A stretch of DNA of 61,468 nucleotides, the filler included, from Basidiobolus ranarum (Eukaryota): NCBI GenBank assembly GCA_040143965.1. It is 9 parts of 9 records of this genome, joined end to end, with 100 filler letters (N's around TTAATTAATTAA, not from the genome) between each part and the next. Parts side by side here need not be neighbours in the genome. Positions count along the whole stretch, not along the records: positions 20,553 to 27,296 come from JASJQH010001255.1; positions 27,397 to 34,139 come from JASJQH010001256.1; positions 34,240 to 40,981 come from JASJQH010001257.1; 6 more parts are not named here. One strand, 5' to 3'. The translations under genes and the position numbers were made by a program. The notes beneath the pieces were generated by a model that searched no databases, was not told where the DNA came from, and saw only the letters and a program-made list of their open reading frames with translations. This document shows positions 24,294 to 37,222 of this stretch, one piece after another; position 1 is the first letter of the stretch; each line of letters begins with the position of its first letter.

Positions 24294-25795
24294 GCTTTCA
24301 TCTAAAATTTTCGATTCCTTTTTGATCATTTCAACTAACTCCAAAAAATACTATCCACTTGTCGCTTCCACCGAGATACACATTCGCATTAATTCTTTTC
24401 AAATTATCTTGATGGATACGTACTCTTTAAAAGGCCCAATTTCTTATTCACCCTATTTCATTTCATCTATTAGTAGAACTACATAGACAAAGCATTTAAA
24501 TGTAAACGTTTATCCTCACTCGGCAACTTATCTTCCATGTTCGTAATGCTAGATTTAACAGGAAATTGTGAAAGAAGCAAACCAACCGCCTGCTTCCTAG
24601 ATAATATGAGAGATAAATGCATAATTCAGTACACAAATCAAGATGGTGAACAAGTTTATAAGCAAAGTTTCAATGAGCATATATAGTAAATTGATAAAAT
24701 CAGCATTTATCCAAGCCATAAAATGTGTAAATATGAGTACCTTCAACGCATAATCGAAGTACCCAATCCCTTGTATGCTTGTGCTTTACTGTTCTGGGCA
24801 AGTGCAACTCTCACCATTTATTGCAAGATGGTGTGGCTATCAGTAGGATCTTTGATCTTATTTCCACTAGTTCTCTTGCGCCTTTCCTCTAATTTCTTGC
24901 ATTAGCATAGATATATATATATATGAATCTATGAAATAATCGAATGCAGGCGCTACAATTATATTCACCAAGTTTTTGATCTGTGCTCCACTAGGACCGC
25001 TTAGCCCAACTCCCACACTACCACATCAACATCGCCTTTTACCTATCCTGATAAAATGAAACCAAATAAATGTGAATGATCGAAGAATACTCACCAGTGC
25101 GCCTCCCCACAGTGTTTCGTCAGCTCATCGACTGCTTAAAGCTTTATATCAAACGATTGTAACGATCTATTTGACAGGAGGTTTATGAGGAGACCAGTCT
25201 AATAGTAAGGTATCTCTATTGTGAATCATTCCATATGCCCCTACAATCAAAATGTGCTCGCTGAATATTCCATATTCATACAAATTGTAATGTGCATTTG
25301 ATACGTTAGCCGATCAAATTAATCGTTTTCAACTGCTGGCAGGTGACAAGAAACACAGTCACAGTTATGGAATATACTGATGAAACAAGAACTTGTGTTA
25401 GAGTGAATTCTCGGCAAAAATCATTGGCTGGTCAGGTTATGTACTAATTTAGATAATTAATATTCTAATTGATCTCAGAGTCAATTGCGATTCTAGCCCT
25501 AAAAGAACCTGAACAACTAGATGAGTGATTCCAGATTTTTTCCTATATTAACACCATCTAGCACACTTGAAGTTGATTTGTTTCTGTTCACTCGTGCATT
25601 TTCTGGACTACAGACTTTAATCCTGCGCGCGCCAACCGCTACCACTCTAGCAAACACACTCGCTACGCTTTTGATTTTCCCCTGACCCGCCGCCCGCCCT
25701 ATAATCCTTAATTCCACTCTTATATATTAGATTAGTGTACATTCCCCTCCCCTCAGTTTTGTTGTAAAGCTTCTTGGTATAATATTTCTTCCAAA

Positions 25796-26563
25796 ATGGC
25801 TGTTAAAAGCGACGTTTTAGCAAAAACACCCCGAGTTACCGCTGATGTAAAGAAGCAAAACACTGTATATACTCGTACAGACGATATAAACACTCCTACT
25901 CAGAAAAAAATCAGATTCTCTCAAGATGTTCGTCAACCAATCTCTCAATCCATCTATAGTAGCTGTTCGACTGTATGTGCTGAAGACTCGCGAACTATGA
26001 CAGGCTTCGAGCGTATCATGGCAGCTGCTGGTTCTGATACGGAAATGAAACTTATGAGCTTCATCAATGACTATAGTGATTTTGTTCCTACACCTAGCTT
26101 AATGGCCGGTTCCAGCGATGATGAACCTTTTGAATTGAACTCGAAAACCGGCACACGAGCTCCAAAAGTGTATTTTAGTCCACCACCCAAGGGTTATGTC
26201 TCGCACAAAGATCCAAACTCAAGTAAACTGAAGCACCAGTATACACCAAAACTTAGCTCCTCTAAATCTGGTATATGTTTTGATAAGGTTTGCCCTGATA
26301 GTACACCTCACAAAAGGGTATCGTTACTTTCGAAGATGCTACAATCATCTGATAGTGAAGGAAATGAATCGGAGGATACTACATCGCCCAAACGCTCGGT
26401 TAAATCCGGACGTAAGTCTATCGGATTCTGTCTACCAAATGAGATACATTATGAACAAGCGTTAGCTGACAAAAAGAAACACCCTACTCTACCTGTACGC
26501 GGCACTCGCATACCTGGACAGAGGTACCAAGGATATTTCGACGAAACCGTTCAAATTTGGTAA
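25796..26563 (+). CDS. Orphan 255-aa Ser/Lys/Pro-rich, probably disordered protein
   Basis: Long intronless ORF, AAAATGG start context, CpG-rich upstream region; no domain recognised. Confidence 0.75.
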   Translation: MAVKSDVLAKTPRVTADVKKQNTVYTRTDDINTPTQKKIRFSQDVRQPISQSIYSSCSTVCAEDSRTMTGFERIMAAAGSDTEMKLMSFINDYSDFVPTPSLMAGSSDDEPFELNSKTGTRAPKVYFSPPPKGYVSHKDPNSSKLKHQYTPKLSSSKSGICFDKVCPDSTPHKRVSLLSKMLQSSDSEGNESEDTTSPKRSVKSGRKSIGFCLPNEIHYEQALADKKKHPTLPVRGTRIPGQRYQGYFDETVQIW

Positions 26564-27396
26564 CTTGATTCGAAGAAAATATGAATGAAGTAAACATTGT
26601 TGCCGCTCGGTCTTTAGCTATTTAAGTACATTTATTGTATCCATCCTCGTTCTTTATATTAGGGTTCCTGGTGAAGTCTATAGACAAATATTCCATCACA
26701 CTCTTTGTTCTTACTAGCACTTTTGAAGGTTCTTTCTTTAGACCATCCATTAGGATACTTATCTTTACATTGCTCATTAGCTCAAGTTGTACATTTTCTG
26801 AACAAACAATACTCATTTGCCTTAATCTCAGTGGGGATTCTATTAGAATAGTATTTGTATTCAACTAATAAATTCGACGCACTGTGCTTGCATTTAATCA
26901 ATGATAAATATATTGCTCGGGGATATTTATTAATGATGAGATTGTCTATTCCGTTATGAGGATCATAAAACTAACGGAAATCATCATTCGATGATGGGTT
27001 AAGCAGTAGAACTCGCATGATTACAGAATAATTTCATCATGCAATGGTTGTAAGTTACTCCATTTAGATGGTTTGTTTGGTGGAATGAGATTGACTTAGA
27101 GATTCTATTACTGATTACCAACCTCCCCAATCAAAATTCATTTTATTGTTTATCACATATTGATTTGAAAGATAGTTATTATTCTCCCCCAAATTCTTCC
27201 CCTTTGGAAAAATCCGATGATTTTAATGCTCTGGACTCTACTAATAATTGTTCAAAAAAATTATCGTAGTATTGGTATCCTGATTGATTCTTGAGGNNNN
27301 NNNNNNNNNNNNNNNNNNNNNNNNNNNNNNNNNNNNNNNNTTAATTAATTAANNNNNNNNNNNNNNNNNNNNNNNNNNNNNNNNNNNNNNNNNNNN

Positions 27397-27840
27397 CATT
27401 GTTAGAGGCTTTCCTGTTTTATTCGGCACCTTTAGCCCACCAAGGTATTTTTGTATATCCCGATGTAGATTGATTTTACCTCGATCCACAAGTTGCATAA
27501 CGGCCAGAGCAGTAAATGATTTCGTCACCGAGCCAATTTGAAAAGCTGTGTTTTTATCCACGGGGATTTGCCTCTCCCTATCTGCATAGCCATAACCTTT
27601 GCTTAAGATTACATTCCCATCTCGTACAACCACAAAGTTAGAGCCGACAACGTTAAATTTCTTCATCGTACGCGCGAATATGGTGTCAGCAAATGCTTCT
27701 ACCTCTTTGGCATCTTGTGGCCCTCCTAAGCTGACCTTTTCTGCCGATATCTCTGGGCCTTTCGAGGCTGTGCAAGGGATGATAAAGGATGTGGATAGTA
27801 ATAAAGCTGCAAAGCTGGTGTAGTAAACAATTTCTTTCAT
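27397..27840 (-). CDS. Secreted beta-lactamase-family (class C/AmpH-like) serine hydrolase, N-terminal part (cut by contig end)
   Basis: Signal-peptide-like start, FVVVRDG..KGYGYAD, FQIGSVTKSFTA (catalytic SxxK), LVDRGKINLHRDIQKYL. Confidence 0.92.
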
Positions 27841-29634
27841 TCTAACCCTGTCTTTTCCTTTAGCGTGTTGACTGGGTGTAGATTTTAAGTATTTTGAAGA
27901 AAATAGTACGAGCGTAGATTGCCTTTTATCCTAACTTTTCTTAGCCCGCAGTCATGTGATATGACATGTATATGTAGTAGTAAGATGATCACTTAAATAT
28001 ATTTTATCAGCCAAAAATACTTGAAATCGCCTCCTTTGTTTATTGAGTAATTTCACTATTTCGTATTCTTGGCTTAGATAATTTCTTTGACTCATCAATG
28101 ATGTAGCAAATATCTGAATCTATTGAGCATATTCGTCGTTCATTGTTTTCTTCTATTTCAAGGTGTATTTGAGATCTCTTATAATGTATAGATTCTGTCT
28201 TTCTGCTTACAAGTTTGGGAAACCTTCGGATATACCTTTGGATACAATTCCTTGAGTAAACGATTCGAACCAGTCCCATACGCGCTTTCTGAAGGTACCT
28301 GAGACCATGGAGGTAGGCTTGGAGATTAGGATTTGGGATTTTCCAGTTACCATTGTTAGAAATTCACCACTTTTTTGACGTGGATTATCATGTGAAAGAA
28401 ATTTAAGTTTTATATTAGCTTTTCAATAGAGTGCACTTCTATTTTCCTTTAGCAATCGTACGTCCCTTACTTTCTCATTTGAGCTTGGTTTTGGGATTGA
28501 TATTCACACGAACCCTTACTCGAACCCTCACACGAGCCCAGGATTGAACCCTTGGCATCATGTAAGGATTAAATTTAATTATTCCAAAACCAATCCTCCT
28601 GTATTAGACCTAATCACCGATTGCAATAGTATTCCCTCGAGTGATTATTCTGTATTTAAAAAAAGTGTTTCATCGGAAAAGAGGGACTGAAAAGAGAGAC
28701 TGAAATACCATTGTTGTCATTAGTGAATTTACCGCATGCATCTACCATTCAATATATGTCGAGTTAGGATTAGATGTTGAAATAAATCCGGATTTATAGT
28801 ACTACCAACATAGTATTCCCAGTAGAGTAAGCCTAATAGAGTACTCCTAATATCAAAATCATTTGATTATGGAAACTCCATTAATGTAAGATTCTGGTAA
28901 ATCTATTTGGTGGATGGTGGATTACATTTAGTGAATACTTGGCGTAGGATTGAAATTTCTTGGCAAATATGTAGAAATTTATTTGATCATCATTTATTAC
29001 CGCATCTATCAATATCTACATCTATCATGGGAAGTGAGCCTTGTATACAATTTTGGACAAACAAAAGTTCCCATGTTTTGTACGTGTTGGTATATTCCCC
29101 CTGAAGAGAGTCCACTTGAATATATCTAATTTCATATATAGCCAAATGATGGATTACATCGTCTCGCGTTATTACAATTACTAAGAACCATTTGTTGCTG
29201 GCGTATATGCAACACCCGTGTTTACATTACAATGATAAAGGATGGAAAAATCCAATATCAAACAAACCTCCTCCTGAAGAAGGAGCACTGCTAGATGACA
29301 TACCGAAGGCTTTGAGCCACATTACCATATGTACTGAAGCTTCGATTAGTTATAGTTTCTATAAAGCACTTTGTAGAGTCTATGGTAATTGTAAGTTGTA
29401 ACAATGTTGTAGGTGATACAGCAGCTATTTTTACACTGCTACAATCCTGCTGGGGAAAGGATTAACTTGCTGAATACCAGTGATTATACATTTGAAATAT
29501 AGGATATGACGGTAAACTTAACTAAACCTTACGCGCAGCATTGTTGGAATTCAAAAAACCCACTTATGTCACCGAGATTGTGTCTTGCATAGTCAGGTAA
29601 TTTATAGAAACTATTCCTATATATACGTAGATAT

Positions 29635-31475
29635 TGTTAAAGTATTTGGGAGCCTGTTGGAAGTGGTTTGGAGAATTAGGGAAATTGGTGTTTTTCACTT
29701 GTTGATTTATCGAGTAGAAAGTTGACATTTATAGTTTTGTCAAGATATAAGCAAACTAACGTGTAGAAAGTGCTAAGGAAGGTCCCAGGAACATGTGGGC
29801 AAAATTTGGGGCTTCTAGCACATGTTTGAAAAATCCAAACATTGGATAACTTCTGAGTTGGTAAAAATTTTTAAAGTAAACTCCAATTAAGAATAATAGG
29901 CTATATCTTAGTGAGATATAAGATAACTAAATACTAAGCTATATAAGACTCTGTAGATGTTTAGGAAATGCTATTTTCAACCATCTCCCTCAACTACATA
30001 GTCATATAAACCAATTCTAAGAATGGTCTAAATTTCTCAAATTACCACCTAGCTACTGGTTTGATTACTATATCTGCAATCATATATTTTGCAGATCAAT
30101 AATTAAATTCAATAAACTGATTTTCTATAGTCTCTCAAATAAAATGATGTATAGTACCTACATGATTGCTTCTATTATGAAATATGGGATTTCTAGCTAA
30201 TTTGATATAACTTTGATTGTCTTGAAATATTGTAGTTGGTTATTTTGAGCATAGTCCAGATCCATTACAAGTTTTCTTAATCATATTGCTTCTGTTGTTG
30301 CTTTATAGGCATTCTTGTATTCAGCTTCCATTGTTAAAGTGCCACAGTAGGTTATTTCTTTGAATTCCAAGACATAGTACTATTACAGCAAAGAGATAAG
30401 TATTCTTTTGTAGATCTCCTGCCTTTACTATCTCTTCCCCAATTTGCATCTTGTTAGATCAAATTTTGATCTAAAATATATATGTTTTAAACACAGATCC
30501 ATTGTACTTTTCAACTATCTGAAAATTAGCTTAACTACTATGACTTGGTCAGGCCCATAATTTTGAAGAAACTGGCACATGACTCCTGCAGAATGTACAA
30601 TATCTGGCCATGATCAACCATGATATACATATAACCAGAAGCTGTAGATTTATAAGGAGATTGCTGGGCTTTATTCAAGTTCAAGAACTACTGATTTGAG
30701 GCATTTTAAGTTAAGATTTTTCTTCATTGGGATAGATACTGGACTCCATTCTTCCATTTTCAGCTTCTTTTGTATATCTAAGATATATTTAGACTAGTTT
30801 AAAGTTATTGTTTTAGTAGTTCTATCTATCTCAACTTGGATTTCAAGATAGTACATCAGTTTACGAAGATCAGTAATTTAGAATTTGGGAGATAACCTGG
30901 ATTTGGTCTTCTCCAAAGTCTTCAAGTCATTGTTTGCTCTGATAAGGTCATCTACATATAAGGCTAATAAAACTGAGTTTGTCTTATCTGGCCTGAAGTA
31001 GATACTATAGTCAGTATTACTCTTTTGGAATTTGAGTGTTTCCATAACAGCATCTATGTTCCTATTCCAAGCTCTCAGAGATTGTTTTAAGCCATAGAGT
31101 GTTTTGTGAAGTCTGAACTTTTTTAGGGTTGTCTGGGTCCAAGAATCCATCTGGCTGGTCCATATAGATCTCCTCAGCAAGCTCACCATTCAAAAAGCAG
31201 TTTTAACATCCATTTGATATATAATAAACTGATATTTAGCTGAAATTGCCAAAATCAATCTGATTGAATTAAACTTTGCTACAGGAGCAAAAGTTTCTGT
31301 ATAATCTATTCCTAGTGTGTGGGAATAGCCTTTGGCAACTAATGTAGCCTTGTACCTTTCTATATTGCCATCAGAGTTATATTTAGCTTTAAACATCCAT
31401 TGGCAACCAATTGATTTTCTATCATCAGGTAAGTTGGTTAAAATCCAAGTTTGATTATCAATCAAAGCCCCAAGA
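29635..31475 (-). mobile_element. Degenerate Ty1/copia, family B: RT, RNase H, PPT and 3' LTR (LTR 29635-29982)
   Basis: [57 protein letters not shown]; purine tract GAGGGAGAT precedes the LTR on the minus strand; LTR matches 54013-54342. Confidence 0.92.
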
Positions 31476-31479
31476 TGCA

Positions 31480-34139
31480 TCCAGAAGCTCTTTCCGATTT
31501 CAGATATTTGCCAAGTATGATCGCAAAGACCCGCTCATCATGATCTATCCATGTATGACTTTGAAAATTAGCGCCCCTCTGGAAATCGAAAATCTGTTGC
31601 CGTACGATTTCAACTACAATATCATCGACAGATCGGACGATGTTTCGATCTCTGGCTTTCTTGGAAGAGGGGATATTCGCTCGATGCATACCTTTCAATT
31701 GGGACAACTGTTACATTTGAATATAGAGATCGGAGATGCTGGGTTTGCATATAGTGAGTTTGTGGTTATTGGCTCTAATGACCTAGTGCAAAATCCGATT
31801 CAAGACACCATTTCACTAGCCAACCCTGAGGGAACTAAGCTTAGTCTTTGTATCAATTACTTCGAAATTCCAGAGTCTGGGGGAGCCTGCCGGGTTTCGA
31901 TATATAGTCCCCTCTTAATAATCAACAAGACTGGACTAGACATTTATTTAAGAACAAATAACGATGAAGTGAACGCTATATATGCTGGTAGCGAGGACGC
32001 ACCATTGAATAATAGGCCTCTTCCGTATATGTACTCACCACATAACTCTCAGCCTAGAAATAAGGCCTCCATCAAAGTATCGGACTCCGAGTGGAGTAAG
32101 CCAATGAACTTCGAGGCCATAGGGAGTGAAACATCCGCCATTATACCAATGTCTGAACGCTCAGACGAAATTCATCTAGGCATGAGTGTAGATCAAGGCA
32201 GAGGAAAATACCGCCTTACAAGAGTCATAACCTTTACTCCCCGGTTTATTCTCAAAAACAACATGAGAGAAAAGATTCTTCTGAGAGAACCTGGCTCTGT
32301 TGTCAGTATTCCTCTGAAGTCTAAACACAAAGCGCCACTACATTTTGTGCGCCAAGGAGATGAGAAGCGGTTGATGATTAATTTCCCCGAAACCAATAAG
32401 GAATGGTCAGCTCCGTTTAACATTCAAGATGTTGGGAAAACTTTTATTAAAATACGCAAGTCTGGAATTCGACGTGATCTAGTCAGAGTAGACATTCATC
32501 TCGAAGGCCCTACCATTTTCATTCTTTTCAAAAAAGAAGAGGGAAAATGGCCATTCCGAATCGAAAACGAATCGGGTGTCACGGTCCTGCTCTCTCAACC
32601 AATTGCTCAGCCCCGCGAGGCATCTTCTACCCAGCCTAGCTCTGCGTTTGAAAAAACAAAACAGATCCGATACAAATTGAGTTCCGGAGACACGATGGCA
32701 TACTCCTGGGACTATCCTGCCAACAAGCAGAAATCCCTGGTGCTTCATGTCAATGGGTATGAGAGAGAGATTACGCTATGTGAAATCGGCCCTCTTATGC
32801 CTTTGAATTATAAAACTATCGATGGAGCCGGTATTATGGCGATAGATATAGTAGCTGAGGGACCTATAATAGTGGTGCACTTGTCTAAATATGATCAGTC
32901 AGAGAGTATCTACAAGCCTGCAACTTCGAGCTCGACGAACAATTCACTTCAGGATACCGATTTTGAAATCATTGATATGGATTCAGTAACTACTTTCTCT
33001 CTGAAAATTAAATTAGAGGGGATCGGGATATCGTTCGTAAATAGACACGTCCAGGAAATAATTTACTCAACTTTCCGTGGAATCGAACTGAACTACAATG
33101 ACTCCACATTCCAAACATCAATCAATTTCATGATCAAGTGGCTCCAGATAGACAATCAACTCTATGGAGGATTGAGACCGATCATTCTATACCCTACACT
33201 AAACTCGAAGCACGCTAAAGAAGTGGAAATTAAGCCTACTTTCCGAGCAGCAGTTGTGAAGGCCAAGGATACATCTCACGGTGTAGAGTGGTACAAATAT
33301 ATTACTGTTTGGCTACAGGAGGCTTCCCTTGATATTGACGAGGATTTCTTAATGACTCTGCTGGATTTCAGCAAATTCAATGTACCAGGATGGGGATTCG
33401 AAAACCAAGGGTAGTGTAGTCGTCTTTCGTTTATTTTATACATTTGTGAGGCTTTATTGAGATCTTATCCAGGTATATCGGTGATGAGAGCATGAACATT
33501 CCAGAGCCTGCTTTGACGGAAGGCGATACTCAGCTCTACTTCGAAGTGATTCATATTCAGCCTTTAAAAATCAACCTTTCTTTTTCCAGAACGGAAGTCA
33601 TCAATCAAGGAAAAAATACGTATCCTTTTACATATATTTTGTTCGAAGATATATCCACTCCTCTTATTCTTAACTCTTGCATCAAGTCCTCGATCCTATA
33701 ACCCATTAATGTACATAGTCAACGTACTCACAATGACTATTGGAAACATCAATGTATTCTCTCTGCAATATTTGACTTTGAAGATATTCTATTAACATTC
33801 TTTCTTAGGCTGCACCAATCAAGCTAAACGCACTAGTGATGCATAACGTGATGGTTACCTATCCTGTATTGATTGATCGCTTTAGTAAGCATTACTCGCA
33901 AGAAGTTTTCTATCAGGTTGCTTTTCATTTTCCTTCAACCACACCAATTGCACACTATGATCCTTTACTTACTGAAATGATGTTCTAGGTCCATAAAGTT
34001 GTAGGGTCTGCGGATTTCTTGGGGAATCCAGTGAAATTATTTAATACTGTGAGCTCTGGAGTTATTGATTTCTTTTACGAGCCTTATCAATGATTTATCA
34101 TGAACGATAGAGCACAAGATGTAGGAATTGGGCTCGCTA
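31480..34139 (+). pseudogene. VPS13: VPS13 (VAB/SHR-binding to C-terminal region), 5'-truncated, with an in-frame TGA; exons ~31480-33410, 33473-33619, 33687-33753, 33809-33916, 33989 to contig end
   Basis: [86 protein letters not shown]; four GT-AG introns keep frame; TGA at 34091-34093. Confidence 0.85.
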
Positions 34140-34240
34140 NNNNNNNNNNNNNNNNNNNNNNNNNNNNNNNNNNNNNNNNNNNNTTAATTAATTAANNNNN
34201 NNNNNNNNNNNNNNNNNNNNNNNNNNNNNNNNNNNNNNNC

Positions 34241-35131
34241 CTCCCCAAGTGTGGCGGTGATCCCGATGCTGCACCTTGGAGAAGAACTGTCCGCGTCCCT
34301 AGAAGTGAAAGCACTTCTAGCGAAGTTGTTTTGCAGGGTGACCAGGAACTTGTCGAGAAACTTCGTGATGAATTAGAAAGATTAGCAATTGACTTGAACG
34401 ATAAGACCACTATCAGCTTCAGTGTTCCCGCTAGCCAATACCCCAATATCATTGGACGTGGTGGTTCTGTCTTGAAGGAACTCCAGGCTCGTTATGAGGT
34501 TGACATTCAAATGCCAAACTCTCGTCGTAATGGTAATAGAGAGCAATTGGATTCTGATGATCAAGTCAGAATTACAGGAAAATATGAGAATTGCGAGAAG
34601 GCCAAGGCTGAAATCTTGTCTAAACTTCGAATTGAACGTCAAATTAACATTCCTGCCAAGCATCAATCCGCTTTGATCGATCGTGGTATCACTCTTCGTA
34701 GACTTCGTGGAGAATTCAACGTTCATGTTGATCTTCCTCCTTTGGGCAGCGCTGGACAATTCAAACGTATTGATGACGATGAAGAAAACACTGGCAAGAG
34801 ACAAGAACCTACTGGTGAGGTAGTTTGGACTTTGAAGGGAGAAGAGAAGAACATCGACGAGGCCGAGAAATATCTTTTGGGACTTTTAGAAGAGGCTCTT
34901 AAAAACTCACAAACTCTACTTGTCAAGGTTCATCCTTCCCTTCATCGCTACGTAATTGGTCGTGGTGGTGCCACTATTCGTAGAATTCGTAACCAAACTG
35001 GATGCCAAATCGATGTGCCCAAAAACCGTGAGGACGAGAATGTCGTCTTGACTGGTTCCCAAATTGGTGTTGAACAGGCCAGAGATATGATCTTGGAAGT
35101 GGTGGAAAACTCTGGAGATTTCGAAGAATGA
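34241..35131 (+). CDS. SCP160: Vigilin/Scp160-like multi-KH RNA-binding protein, C-terminal part
   Basis: Tandem KH domains (YPNIIGRGGSVLKELQ; HRYVIGRGGATIRRIRNQTGCQIDVP); frame open from the contig edge. Confidence 0.8.
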   Translation, partial: LPKCGGDPDAAPWRRTVRVPRSESTSSEVVLQGDQELVEKLRDELERLAIDLNDKTTISFSVPASQYPNIIGRGGSVLKELQARYEVDIQMPNSRRNGNREQLDSDDQVRITGKYENCEKAKAEILSKLRIERQINIPAKHQSALIDRGITLRRLRGEFNVHVDLPPLGSAGQFKRIDDDEENTGKRQEPTGEVVWTLKGEEKNIDEAEKYLLGLLEEALKNSQTLLVKVHPSLHRYVIGRGGATIRRIRNQTGCQIDVPKNREDENVVLTGSQIGVEQARDMILEVVENSGDFEE

Positions 35132-35356
35132 ACCATCTAAGCCAAGAGCAAAATTGAACATTTTATTATCATAAGAAGAAAAATAATCCTTTACATCCTT
35201 CAATACATACAATTCCGATCATTCCTTTTTACTCATCCTAGTTATTATGAAGTTGCTTCCGTAGCAAATTCCTATTCAGTCGATAGACTATAGATATTCT
35301 CAACCTTTGAAAAACAATAAATATCTATTCATTCTCATGAAACCCAACTGGAAGCT

Positions 35357-35423
35357 TATAAATAGCCATTGTTCATTGTATTGTTTAAATATATAAATAG
35401 CCATTCATTGTATTGTTTAAATA
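35357..35423 (+). repeat. Local tandem duplication of about 33 bp
   Basis: TATAAATAGCCATTGTTCATTGTATTGTTTAAATA is followed directly by TATAAATAGCCATTCATTGTATTGTTTAAATA. Confidence 0.8.
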
Positions 35424-37222
35424 TATAGTTAGGAGTGGTGATTATACAAGCAGCCGTAATTATATAGCATGTATTGTGCGATTGCCATGATTTGTATCTC
35501 ATTGAATCAAACAATTCATACATAATGTAATGAAGAATTCGAGATCAACATATGGTCTGGGCGATTGTTTTCTCTTGTTTCCCCTTGTTTCAGAATAACA
35601 TGCTGCATGTCCATAGATGTGACAAGCTTACACTTATAAATAACCTACATCTCTATCATAAGACCAGCCTGTCCATTCCCAGACTTTTACTTCTTTCAGC
35701 AAAGGTTGGACTGATACTAGGAGATATTCTATATAATATATATCTATTACCCTCTGGAAAATGAAATCTTTGACCCCATTACATCAGAAGAAAACTGGTG
35801 AATGTATGATAGGAACTGGACATACAGAGCAACCTCGCTCTGAATATCGTAAGAATATATGTACCTCATGTAGTAAACAAGGTTCCTACGAAGCAGCAAT
35901 ATATTGTCAAAATCCAACCCATTCAATATGGCAAAAATTCCGTCGATTTGAATCACTATGGAGGCTTCGTAGAGTGAATATATGAACCTTTACTGACACT
36001 ACATCCACAAATAACCACTCACAACTTATCCCTTTATAGTCAACTTTATTACTGATATCTTTAAACATTTAGATGATACTTTTCAAGTCAAGCTTATTAG
36101 AAGAACATCTGATTTCTTATATTTCTTATTAGAATAAATCTTATTCAATTCAATCTAGATTTTCTTCCAACCCCATTATTACATAATGAACTGGTCCGGA
36201 ATATTCTAAACTATATGGAATTTGATAAAAATTGGAGAACGTAGGGTTAAACTGTCCTTAAATTAGATAGGAAAGATTGGTGACGTGACGTGAGAAATAG
36301 AGGCTAAATTTATTTGTATTTTAGATATGTGAATCCCCATGGAAAAATCCCGAGGGGATTGACGTATGCTTGATCGATTTAAACGACACAACCTGATAAA
36401 ATGGGACTAAGATGTCATCATGTTTTGATCATCCACCGAATCAGATTCACACAGAAACCAATTTACTAGCTGACTTTGAAACCCTTCCAATGGTACTTCT
36501 AAAAATGGAAATATGAATCCTGGTCAATCATTTAATGCCAATTCGGAACTAAAGATATCGGAGGGAAATCCTCAACTGATTAGGTATTTTCACGTTAAAT
36601 TTGGTGAGATTTCTTGGCTTTAAGCTGTGCATTTTGGTGATACCAGATGAATATGGGCTTAATTTGCTCTAGGGTACTTACTGATAGATCTTTGTTGGCT
36701 TACGTAAAATACTGTACTACAGAGATGATAACATCGGGTAGATCTGGTGATAAAAAGAATATACTCGATAGTAATAGGAATATGCCGATGAAATGGTACG
36801 ACTAACCATCGCCATGGAATACAGTTACAATTCTCATCATTCCCACTTGAAAGTTTCTTATGATTATCAATTTTTATTTAGGGTCTATACAAAAATGATT
36901 CCAGTTGATCGCTTCATATATATATATATATATATACGAAAAGGGTATCCAAGATTTAAAGATAGTAGTGTCAAGTACTGATGCGAAGTAAGCAAAGGAG
37001 TCAAAAAGGTTTGTACAAATTAATCTCGCCATTTGATATGTGCGTGCTAAGTTAAAATATTCAATAACAAACTATTAAATTGGAATAAAGTATCAGGGGG
37101 GAATAGGAATGAAAAATGGGTAGATTACAGGCGAGTTTTTCTTAGAAACCAATGCAAGTTGAGGTTTAAAAATAGGATTTGTACTAGTTTCTGAATATCC
37201 CTTATCGAAGCGGTATCAAAAT

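Noticed and set aside
24700-25210. Possible minus-strand gene with a GTGAGT..TCAG intron (similar coding-like relics at 20553-20940, 28040-28560 and 53300-53900)
   Set aside because: Stops interrupt the frames I tried and no family is recognisable, so I cannot support a call.
28782-28797. 16-bp palindrome ATAAATCCGGATTTAT
   Set aside because: About one such palindrome is expected by chance in 61 kb of AT-rich DNA.
31411-31479. N-terminus of the 667-aa ORF as a real TE-VPS13 fusion
   Set aside because: It starts at TTG and is the antisense strand of copia RT, open by chance; there is no evidence of expression.
34091-34093. UGA recoding or selenocysteine in VPS13
   Set aside because: The aligned residue is Gly, not Cys; TGA is a normal stop in ARF6 and the vigilin gene; the only tRNA here is Arg(CCG). 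A nonsense mutation or sequencing error is simpler.
35761-35985. ORF with CTSCSKQGS resembling a zinc knuckle
   Set aside because: The His and final Cys of a CCHC knuckle are absent and there is no other gag motif.
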